From Alloprevotella sp. (GTDB lineage Bacteria; Bacteroidota; Bacteroidia; Bacteroidales; Bacteroidaceae): a stretch of 64,000 bases of DNA. The notes beneath the pieces are model-generated. The model worked only from the letters and a program-made list of their open reading frames with translations. It did no database searches and was not told the DNA's origin. The DNA is taken from positions 38,759 to 102,758 of the forward strand of contig JAZTYI010000088.1 in the NCBI GenBank assembly GCA_045636885.1, written 5' to 3'. Positions 53,343-61,639 of the stretch are shown piece by piece. The stretch's first letter is position 1; every line of letters starts with the position of its first letter. The position numbers and the translations under genes are program-made.

Positions 53343-54635
53343 TTATCTCACCTTCCACTTGCTGAACCACATTTCATTGAATGTGATACCCAGGCAAAGG
53401 CGGAAGTAGTTTTCGGTAATCATGCCGCTGAACTTTGGTTCAACGCGTTCGTATTGTGCTGCAATGTTAACCACGCTACGGTTGTTCCAACCATTACGGA
53501 TAGGAATACCCAACCCGAGACTCGCTGTGTAGCGGCGAGGACCGTCTACGCCGTTGACCTTGGTGTAGGGGGTAGACATGGAGAGACCTACGCGGTAGCG
53601 AATCTGTTGGTACCAGTAAGCACTATTAGGTCTGCGAACGTATTCTCCCCCGAGGGTGAACGTGTGACTGTTCGTGAAACTATTTGTGGAAACCTGGTAC
53701 TCGTTGTTGATGAGTTCGGGAGTGCGGCAACCGTCCCAGAGTTGAAGCGTGTAGTCGAAACCTACGCGCAATCTGTTGCGGTGATTCCATGTAGCACCGA
53801 TACCAAAGGTGTGAGGCAGTTCAAAGGCATTGCTGATGCGTGTGGTGTCTCCCGTTGCTCCTTGTGATGCCGAGATGAGTTGTCGGATGAATGTAGCAGG
53901 GCGATTTACGTTATGCCCCAATCCATAGGTCGCCCCTACGACCAACCAGTTTTTGCTATTCACCTGTTGTTCGTACTGCACCCCGAAATCCACCTTAAAG
54001 GTACGGATGTCTGCTGTGTAGAAATGGCGGTTGTAATCGGTGTTGTCGCTATAAGGTGCGTAGAAAATATTTTCCATCGTGCCCCACAGGTATCCCACAT
54101 TCGCACCCACAGACAGTTTTGGGGTAGGACGGTATCCTAAACCGAAGAACACTTCACGCAATCCGCCTTCGCCTTTATATACATCGGTCTGTGTGAGTTC
54201 TTGCCTCGTTGTTTCCACCTGCTTGGGGCGTGTGCTCATATTATACCCGATAGTGGTGTAGGGCATCAACCCCAGCGTCATCCCGAGATTGGGTGCAAGT
54301 CGGAATCCCGCCATCACATAATCAACGGATGAGTTGTTGGCATTCTTCTTTACCCCTCCCAATTCGAGATTGGCCTTTTGTAAAGTAAAACCAATGTCGA
54401 AGATCATCGTGAGTGAGTCGATTGCTGCGTACGATGCGGGGTTTTTGAAGTTTAATTGCTTCGCATCGTTCATACCATAAGCCAATCCTGCCATACCCTT
54501 ATTGAAACCCTGCGCCTGGTCATTCTGAAGTCCGTAACCATAGCGAGAGTAGGGGGAGTTGGAACCATTTGTTTGTGCTGTTGCACAGAGGGTTCCAAGT
54601 AGGAGAACTGCGGAGAAAAATATTTTTTTGTACAT
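53343..54635 (-). CDS. outer membrane beta-barrel (FadL/long-chain fatty acid transporter-like)
   Basis: Signal peptide; NSPYSRYGYG, NPASY; alternating beta strands; C-terminal WFSKWK. Confidence 0.8.
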   Translation of the reverse strand: MYKKIFFSAVLLLGTLCATAQTNGSNSPYSRYGYGLQNDQAQGFNKGMAGLAYGMNDAKQLNFKNPASYAAIDSLTMIFDIGFTLQKANLELGGVKKNANNSSVDYVMAGFRLAPNLGMTLGLMPYTTIGYNMSTRPKQVETTRQELTQTDVYKGEGGLREVFFGLGYRPTPKLSVGANVGYLWGTMENIFYAPYSDNTDYNRHFYTADIRTFKVDFGVQYEQQVNSKNWLVVGATYGLGHNVNRPATFIRQLISASQGATGDTTRISNAFELPHTFGIGATWNHRNRLRVGFDYTLQLWDGCRTPELINNEYQVSTNSFTNSHTFTLGGEYVRRPNSAYWYQQIRYRVGLSMSTPYTKVNGVDGPRRYTASLGLGIPIRNGWNNRSVVNIAAQYERVEPKFSGMITENYFRLCLGITFNEMWFSKWKVR

Positions 54636-54689
54636 CGATAGATGAAGTTGAATGTTTAGGATTGAGTGTTGCTGAGGCGGTGTGGCAAA

Positions 54690-55403
54690 TTATTTTACCA
54701 ATTCATTAAGTCCGCGCAACACGAGGAAGGGGTCGTGCGTAATGCAGGGTGCCACGTCGGGTGAAAATTCAAACTGGTTACCTCCCGTGTAGAACACATG
54801 GATATTTGGGAAGCGCTTTCGGCACATGCGGATGTAACCTTCAATTTCAAATTTCACCCCGTTGATGGCTCCGCCACGCAGGGCTGTCGTTGTGTCATAT
54901 CCGAGGTCGGGCAGGTCGCCTTCGACGGAAATGAGGGGCAGGGCTGCCGTATGTTCGTGCATCGCCTTCAAGCGCAGTTCTACGCCGGGAGAAATATTCC
55001 CTCCTGCGAAGCAGTGGTTTTCATCAATCACGTCAAAGGTGAGGCATGTTCCCGCATCAATGACCAGCACGGGCGTGTTGGGCATCTGCGTTACGGCAGC
55101 AATGTCGGCTGCCAGGCGGTCGGCACCAAGTCCTTGCGGAATCTGCTGAAAATAAGGTTGCGCGCAGGGCGACGTGTACGTCAGTCGCAACACGGGGCAG
55201 GGGAGTAACTGCAGCGCTCGGTCCAGCGCTTCGTTATGACCTGCAACATTTGACACGGCACAAGCCTTAATGCTGTACGTCGCGCAAAGTTTCCCAATTT
55301 CCGTGTGCCAATCCGTAGCGACACGCTCGCTAAAAATTATTTCGTTGTCTTGGAACACCGCCACTTTGGCGGAGGTGTTACCAATGTCTATAGTGAGAAC
55401 CAT
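54690..55403 (-). CDS. coaX: type III pantothenate kinase
   Basis: IDIGNT, LGADR, VIDAGTCLTFD, GGNISPG, TGG; ATG at 55403. Confidence 0.95.
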   Translation of the reverse strand: MVLTIDIGNTSAKVAVFQDNEIIFSERVATDWHTEIGKLCATYSIKACAVSNVAGHNEALDRALQLLPCPVLRLTYTSPCAQPYFQQIPQGLGADRLAADIAAVTQMPNTPVLVIDAGTCLTFDVIDENHCFAGGNISPGVELRLKAMHEHTAALPLISVEGDLPDLGYDTTTALRGGAINGVKFEIEGYIRMCRKRFPNIHVFYTGGNQFEFSPDVAPCITHDPFLVLRGLNELVK

Positions 55404-55407
55404 AAAT

Positions 55408-55548
55408 AGAGTACAACTAACAGAGTACAGAGTACAACTAACAGGGTACAACTAACAGAGTACAGGGTACAACTGAGCAGCAAAGTGAATACTCAAGAGT
55501 AAAAGTCCGGATGGAAGTTGTACTCTGTTATCTGTACTCTGTACTCTA
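55408..55548. repeat. intergenic tandem-repeat hairpin between thiL and coaX
   Basis: AGAGTAC/AACTAAC units at 55408-55474, inverted copies at 55516-55548, central TCCGGATGG. Confidence 0.85.
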
Positions 55549-55550
55549 CG

Positions 55551-56585
55551 TTATTCTTCTTCCTTCCACCCCTGCGCCTTGAGCAGGAACTCTTGACCGT
55601 CGCGGGTGATGAGTGCTGCGCCGAGGTCGGGGCGGGTGATGTGGCCGATGATTTTTACGTCCTCAAGTTGTGCCACACGGTCGTGCTCTGTGAGGGGTAC
55701 GGTGAAGAGCAGTTCGTAGTCTTCTCCCCCGTTGAGGGCACAGGTGGTGAGGTTCATGTTAAACTCCTCGGCAGTCACGGCGGTGAGGTAGTCAATGGGG
55801 ATGCGTTCTTCGTACACGCGACAACCCACATTTCCCTGCTTGCAGAGATGCTTGAGTTCTGAGGCGAGTCCGTCGCTCACGTCCATCATTGCTGTGGGCG
55901 TAATCCCCGCTTCGGCAAGTCGCTCGATAATGTCCTTGCGCGCTTCGGGTTTGAGGTAGCGCTCGAGGAGGTATTCGCGTCCGCTGAAATCGGGTTGTGC
56001 CGTTTCAGATTCGCCGTGTCTTTGACTTTCAAAAATCGCCTTCTCGCGCTCCATGAGTTGCATGCCCATATAAGCCGCACCGAGGTTGCCACTCACACAA
56101 ATGAGGTCGGTGTCTTTCGCTCCGCTACGGAGGGTCATCTTTTCGGGAGCAACTTCACCCATGCAGGTCAAGGAAAGGGCAAGTCCCGTCTTCGAACTCG
56201 TTGTGTCGCCTCCCACGAGGTCCACCCCATGACGCTCACATGCGAGGCGGATACCCGCATAGAGGTCTTCAAGGTGCTCCACCTCGATGCGACGCCCTAC
56301 GGCAACATTCACCAGCAACTGCGTGGGGCGACCGTTCATGGCGTAGATGTCCGAGAAGTTCACCATCGCCGCCTTATACCCCAAATGCTTGAGTGGCGTA
56401 TAGACAAGGTCGAAGTGAATGCCCTCCATGAGCATGTCGGAAGTGACGAGCATGCGCTTCTCTGCCGAGGGGGCAAGCACCGCCGCATCATCGCCCACAC
56501 CCTTAATGGTTGAGGACTGCTGAGGCGTGATGTCTTTGGTGATATGTTCGATAAGGGCAAATTCGCCCAGTTCTGAAAGTTGCAT
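55551..56585 (-). CDS. thiL: thiamine-phosphate kinase
   Basis: GEFALI, GVGDDAAV, NFSDIYAM, GGDT, DVSDGL, GGEDYELLF. Confidence 0.96.
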   Translation of the reverse strand: MQLSELGEFALIEHITKDITPQQSSTIKGVGDDAAVLAPSAEKRMLVTSDMLMEGIHFDLVYTPLKHLGYKAAMVNFSDIYAMNGRPTQLLVNVAVGRRIEVEHLEDLYAGIRLACERHGVDLVGGDTTSSKTGLALSLTCMGEVAPEKMTLRSGAKDTDLICVSGNLGAAYMGMQLMEREKAIFESQRHGESETAQPDFSGREYLLERYLKPEARKDIIERLAEAGITPTAMMDVSDGLASELKHLCKQGNVGCRVYEERIPIDYLTAVTAEEFNMNLTTCALNGGEDYELLFTVPLTEHDRVAQLEDVKIIGHITRPDLGAALITRDGQEFLLKAQGWKEEE

Positions 56586-56596
56586 AGGTGAATGTG

Positions 56597-56793
56597 AGGT
56601 TTAAGGTTTAAGGTTTGAGGTTTTGAGGTTTTGAGGTTTTAAGGTTTTGAGGTTTTAAGGTTTTAAGGTTTTGAAGGTCTTTAAGGTCTTTAAGGTATTT
56701 AGGGTCTTTAAACTCTTTAACGTCTTTTCCGTCTTTAAGGTCTGCATAGTCCTTAAAACCTAAGAGCGTAGCGCCCTCATAACCTTATAACCT
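56597..56793. repeat. 7-9-nt tandem repeats upstream of thiL
   Basis: (G/A)AGGTTTT array then AAGGTCTTT array; inverted CCTTAAAACC and AACCTTATAACC at the right end. Confidence 0.85.
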
Positions 56794-56796
56794 AAT

Positions 56797-57288
56797 TTAG
56801 AAGTACACCCCAAATCCAATCTTGAATCCCAACTCACAGTGGTCCTTAAATTCGTTGTAGCAGAGTTTGTAGTACACAGAGGGTTCTACCGTCACGTGGC
56901 GGTTGATGAAGAATGCGTAACCCACTTCCACGGGAGTGTATAAGAGGAATTTATCGTGATAGCCCGAAAACTCGTTCCATTTCACTTCACCTCCAGCACC
57001 CACAAAAATGCCGTTGTTGTCGAAATAGTAGCGAGCACCGGCGCCAAGGTTGAACGAACTTACCTCGCTTTGATAACCATAACCCAATTCTCCCTTGATT
57101 AGTACGTTCTTGTCAATGAAGTAACCTCCGTTGAGGTTCAAACCAAGGTTGAAATCCTTCATCTTGCTGTAATTCATTTCAACATTTGAGAGTGACGCTC
57201 CGATATACTTTTTGCCTTTTTCAAATTGAGCATTAGCACAAAGACTGCCAGTGAGCAAAAGTGCGAGTGAAAGAAGTGCTTTTTTCAT
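56797..57288 (-). CDS. small outer membrane beta-barrel protein
   Basis: Signal peptide ANAQFEKG; GARYY, VGYAFF; C-terminal GFGVYF; -7 box TATCTTTG at 57386-57379. Confidence 0.85.
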   Translation of the reverse strand: MKKALLSLALLLTGSLCANAQFEKGKKYIGASLSNVEMNYSKMKDFNLGLNLNGGYFIDKNVLIKGELGYGYQSEVSSFNLGAGARYYFDNNGIFVGAGGEVKWNEFSGYHDKFLLYTPVEVGYAFFINRHVTVEPSVYYKLCYNEFKDHCELGFKIGFGVYF

Positions 57289-57664
57289 AGTTCGTAGTGT
57301 TGTAAAAGATGAAACTTTTTTGATGAGTCACGCTCCGTAATATGTCGTGCGTGCGCGCATTTTATTGTTTATATCCGACAAAGATACAACAAAGAAATGA
57401 AACGCGGTTTTCTGGAATGCAAAAATCACCAGATTGAGGTGTGATTTAACTTCTGTTAAGGCAACTTTCACCGCAAAAAGGGTGGTTGTGCGCCCCTTGT
57501 AACGCCGTTGAAAAGTAAAGGTCATAACCTTGCTGTTATCTGCGTGACCTTTGCCCGATCCATGCTTCGCGTTAATGAGGTTGAAGGCAAAATCGTGGCC
57601 TTTTTTGTATGCAAAAAATGACGAAAAATGAGAAATAATGTTGGTGTTAACAAGTGTTAACGGA

Positions 57665-57749
57665 TTTGCATTTCGCTTTGGAATTTTGTATCTTTGTGTT
57701 GCGGAAGTGGAGATAGCCCTTGAAATCAGGGTTGTCTCCACTTTTTTTG
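57665..57749 (+). ncRNA. candidate ~50-nt small RNA or attenuator with its promoter
   Basis: TTTG-20 bp-TATCTTTG promoter followed immediately by a 16-bp stem and T tract. Confidence 0.4.
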
Positions 57750-58139
57750 TCCCGAAAAACCCATTTTTGGGGTCAAAAAATAAGTTACCTTGTTTTTTCA
57801 AGGTTAAACAACCGGTTTTTAATGTTACTTATTCTGGCACCGCAAATAGATATTGTTGCAAGGGTGAGTAGTTGGAGTGTTAATGTTTGTTAAAGTTTTC
57901 AGCGAAAAATGACGAAAAATGAAGGCGTGGACTGTCACAATTTTTCGCAAAATTTCCAGCTCTGCTTTTGCGCCTTTGTGTGAGCATAAAACCATCCACC
58001 CGTTAGGATTTTATACGGGTAGAACCTCGTGACATGCTGGAACAAAACTTTGCGACCTTTTCCAATGGAGTTAACTATTTTTTTTGTAGATTTGCGCTGG
58101 GCGCTTTGTATGCCCTTTGTTTAAACTTATCGTTGAGTC

Positions 58140-61100
58140 ATGAAATCTCTTCTTGTCTATAAAGCTTCTGCGGGCAGTGGTAAGACGTTTACACTGGCTG
58201 TGGAGTATATTAAATTGTTGATTGCCAACCCCTATGCTTATCGCAACATCCTTGCCGTGACCTTTACGAATAAGGCTACGGCCGAAATGAAAGTGCGCAT
58301 CTTGGGACAGCTTAACGGTATAGCCAAGCGCCTTGAGAGTTCTGAAGATTATTTTGAGAAGGTCAAGTTGGCGCCCGAAATTAAGGCACTCAATCTTTCA
58401 GACCAGGAAATTCGCCGCCGTGCCCAGGTGGCGCTCTCGGCAATGCTTCACGACTACAGTCGCTTCCGCATCACGACCATTGACTCCTTCTTCCAAAGCA
58501 TCGTGCGTGAGTTGGCTTACGAACTTGACCTTACCGCCAACCTGCGCGTAGACCTCAATTCAAAAGAGGCGCTGGCGGAGGCGGTGAAGAGTATCGTTGA
58601 CGACATCAACTTCTATGAGGATGATGCCGACAAGCTTGAAAAGCAAAAGTTGATGGGCATCCTAAGAGACTTTATGTTTGAGCGCATTGAGGCAGACAAG
58701 GGGTGGAACATTTTGGGCGAGATACAGTCGTTTTCCGACACTATTTTTAAGGAAGAATACCTCAAGCAGCAAGCCGATGTGCGCGATAATATTGGCGACC
58801 CACGCGTGTTGGTGCAGGTGAAAGAGCAACTGAAAAAGGTGCCTGAGATGGGTGTGGAAAAAGTTAAGCAACTGGGCGCCGCGCTTTACGCCGACATGCT
58901 ACCCTTGCAGACTCAGTTGGTGAGACAAAGTACCGGGGCAATAGCGGCAGTAAAAAAGGCGGCGCAAATGGAGGTACACAAGGATTTCAAAACCGCTAAA
59001 GCAAACCTGAATAAGTTGCTGACAGATTCGGCGCTGAAGTATGCTGAAGGAATTGAGGGGTGGGCAAAGACCGCTGCCGTTACCGCTCAACTCGAACACC
59101 TTGACGCGTTGAATCGATACCGCCAACTGCAGGCTGAAGCTGGGTTGCAGTTGCGCAAGATAACCACGGCGCAAATGATGTTGCTCCACATCAATGAAAT
59201 GATGATGCTGAACGCGGTCAATACCGTGTTGCGCGAACAGAATAGGGAGAACAACCGCTTCATCTTGGCTGACACGGCGCACTTCTTGAAAGAAATGATT
59301 GACGACCTCGACGTCCCCTTCATCTATGAGCGTACGGGGGCGCGCTACGAGCATATCATGATCGACGAGTTTCAGGATACGAGCGAATTGCAGTGGGAAA
59401 ATTTCAAACCTCTCTTACACAACAGTTTGGCAACCCATAGCCGTTGCCTCATTGTGGGCGATGTGAAGCAGAGTATCTACCGTTGGCGCAACAGCGACTG
59501 GCGCACGCTCAACGATATGGAGCATGGAGAGTTTCGCGAGATGATTACCCTCCCGCCGCTCGACACGAATTACCGCAGTTCGGAAGAGGTGGTGAAGTTT
59601 AACAATAACTTTTTCAAAAAGGCGGCACGCTACGTCAGCAAGAAGTATAACGAAGCCACGACCTTTGAGGATAAAAGTAACGCCGGTGAAGACCGTGCGC
59701 AGGCCATCACTACGGCGTATAAGGAAGTGGAGCAGCAGGTGCCCGAGAAGCATTGTGGTTATGGGTATGTGAAGGTTGAGCATTTGGCTTACCCATCAAC
59801 TGGCGGTAAAAAGAAGGACGACGCGACTGACGAGGCAGTTGCGGCGGCGGAAACGGAAGTTGTGAAGACGCCCAAGGAAATAATGCTGGAGAGTTTCGGA
59901 GCAAATTTGCGCGAACTCTTGGATAAGGGTGTCAAACCCAAAGACATTGCCGTCTTGGTGCGTAAAAACGACCACGGGGTGAAGATTGCCGATTACTTGA
60001 AGGAAGAATTTCCCGACCTCAAGGTGGTGAGCAACGAGGCCTTCTTGCTTGATGCTTCGCTGGCGGTGAATATGTTGATTTTGGCGTTGCGCACGCTTGC
60101 CAATCCGCAAGACGATGTGTCGCGCTATGCACTTGCAGCGCTTTATCACCGAGAGGTGGTGTGTCGCGAAGTAGAGGGGGCTGACGCAAACAGCATCTTC
60201 TCCATGAGTAAGTCACAGATGGATTCCTTGTTGCCACTTGGTGATGAGGAGGCAAGACGTGCGCTCACCGAAGTGCCACTCTACGAACTCTGTGAGCGAC
60301 TCTACGCCCTCCTTAACTTACAGGTTATTCCGGGGCAGGATGCTTATCTCTATTGTTTCTACGACCAGTTGCTCAGTTTCTTACAAGACAACCGCAGCAC
60401 GCTGGACGAATTCCTCGAACACTGGGATGAGAAAATGCACGAAACATCTGTGCCGATGGGTTCGGCGGAGGGGTTGCAGATTCTCACGGTTCACAAGTCG
60501 AAAGGCTTAGAGTTTCACACGGTTATCGTACCCTTCTGCGAGTGGAACGCAACGGGTGTGCGCAACAGCGGAGGTTCGTTGTTGTGGTGCACTCCTAAAG
60601 AAGCGCCTTTCAATGCGCTGAAGATTGCTCCCGTAGAGTATGTCACGGGGATGAAAGATTCGCTTTTCGACAAGGAATTTAACGAGGAATTGTTGAAGCA
60701 GTTGGTGGATAATCTCAACATTCTTTACGTGGCGTTCACTCGTGCGGAAAACAATCTCATTGTGCTTACCGGCAAAAAGGAAAATGAACCTGTGGGCGAG
60801 AAACTTGCTACCGTTTCGGATATTATCAACATGGCATTGGTGGGAGAAGAGACGGACGGCAAGTGGAATTGGCCCGTTTTCCCGAGTGAGGCGAAGACGT
60901 ATGAGTATGGTAGTCTCGTGCCTTCTAAGGAAAAAAGTCCAACCAAGAAAGTCGTGGAGGTGAATTACTTGGAACCGAAGTATGAGAAGTGCTTGCAGAC
61001 GTTCCAATCCCTTCCTGCTACGGTAGATTTCAGACAGTCAAACGACTCTGCCCGCTTCCTTCGAGGCGAAGTCGAAGAGGCTGTTGATGATAAGGAACAG

Positions 61101-61547
61101 TATATTGAGTTGGGTAAATTCTATCACAATTTGCTCGAGCACATTCAGACTTTAGACAACCTTCCGAATGCCATAGCCGAATTTGAGCGAGAGGGACTTA
61201 TTGCTGGTGCCGACCACAAGAGAGAAGTGGAAGAATATATGTCTCGCATTTTTGAGAATGAACAAACGCGTGAGTGGTTCTCGCCGAAGTGGCGTGTGCT
61301 GAACGAACAGAATATCCTCTTCCCCTTAAATGCAGAAAAAGAAAAGCGATTTGAACGCCCCGACCGCGTTATTTGCGACGGCGAAACAACTATTGTGATT
61401 GACTATAAGACGGGGGGCATGAAGACTCTGGACCATTTGACGCAGGTTCAGGATTATGTCAAACTCCTTCAGAGTATGGGCTATCCCAACCCCAAGGGTT
61501 ACGTATGGTACCTCAAATTTAATGAGGTCGTTCCCGTAAGTTTGTAA
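58140..61547 (+). CDS. addA: AddA-like UvrD helicase/nuclease
   Basis: ASAGSGKT, VTFTNKA, IDEFQD, VGDVKQSIYRWR, TVHKSKGLEF, YVAFTRA, C-terminal RPDR..IDYKTG. Confidence 0.92.
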   Translation: MKSLLVYKASAGSGKTFTLAVEYIKLLIANPYAYRNILAVTFTNKATAEMKVRILGQLNGIAKRLESSEDYFEKVKLAPEIKALNLSDQEIRRRAQVALSAMLHDYSRFRITTIDSFFQSIVRELAYELDLTANLRVDLNSKEALAEAVKSIVDDINFYEDDADKLEKQKLMGILRDFMFERIEADKGWNILGEIQSFSDTIFKEEYLKQQADVRDNIGDPRVLVQVKEQLKKVPEMGVEKVKQLGAALYADMLPLQTQLVRQSTGAIAAVKKAAQMEVHKDFKTAKANLNKLLTDSALKYAEGIEGWAKTAAVTAQLEHLDALNRYRQLQAEAGLQLRKITTAQMMLLHINEMMMLNAVNTVLREQNRENNRFILADTAHFLKEMIDDLDVPFIYERTGARYEHIMIDEFQDTSELQWENFKPLLHNSLATHSRCLIVGDVKQSIYRWRNSDWRTLNDMEHGEFREMITLPPLDTNYRSSEEVVKFNNNFFKKAARYVSKKYNEATTFEDKSNAGEDRAQAITTAYKEVEQQVPEKHCGYGYVKVEHLAYPSTGGKKKDDATDEAVAAAETEVVKTPKEIMLESFGANLRELLDKGVKPKDIAVLVRKNDHGVKIADYLKEEFPDLKVVSNEAFLLDASLAVNMLILALRTLANPQDDVSRYALAALYHREVVCREVEGADANSIFSMSKSQMDSLLPLGDEEARRALTEVPLYELCERLYALLNLQVIPGQDAYLYCFYDQLLSFLQDNRSTLDEFLEHWDEKMHETSVPMGSAEGLQILTVHKSKGLEFHTVIVPFCEWNATGVRNSGGSLLWCTPKEAPFNALKIAPVEYVTGMKDSLFDKEFNEELLKQLVDNLNILYVAFTRAENNLIVLTGKKENEPVGEKLATVSDIINMALVGEETDGKWNWPVFPSEAKTYEYGSLVPSKEKSPTKKVVEVNYLEPKYEKCLQTFQSLPATVDFRQSNDSARFLRGEVEEAVDDKEQYIELGKFYHNLLEHIQTLDNLPNAIAEFEREGLIAGADHKREVEEYMSRIFENEQTREWFSPKWRVLNEQNILFPLNAEKEKRFERPDRVICDGETTIVIDYKTGGMKTLDHLTQVQDYVKLLQSMGYPNPKGYVWYLKFNEVVPVSL

Positions 61548-61639
61548 GTCCAAGTCCGATGTCGTGGCGTTGGCAATACGAAGCGTCGCCACGACTTCCT
61601 CAACCTTATCTCATAACTCCCATCTCCTTGAAAATAACT

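Noticed and set aside
54690-55451. Long N-terminal extensions of coaX (55451), atpF (16351), DUF3791 (51752) and the nuclease (50523)
   Set aside because: Extensions derive from repeats or overlap upstream genes; family motifs start at downstream ATGs.
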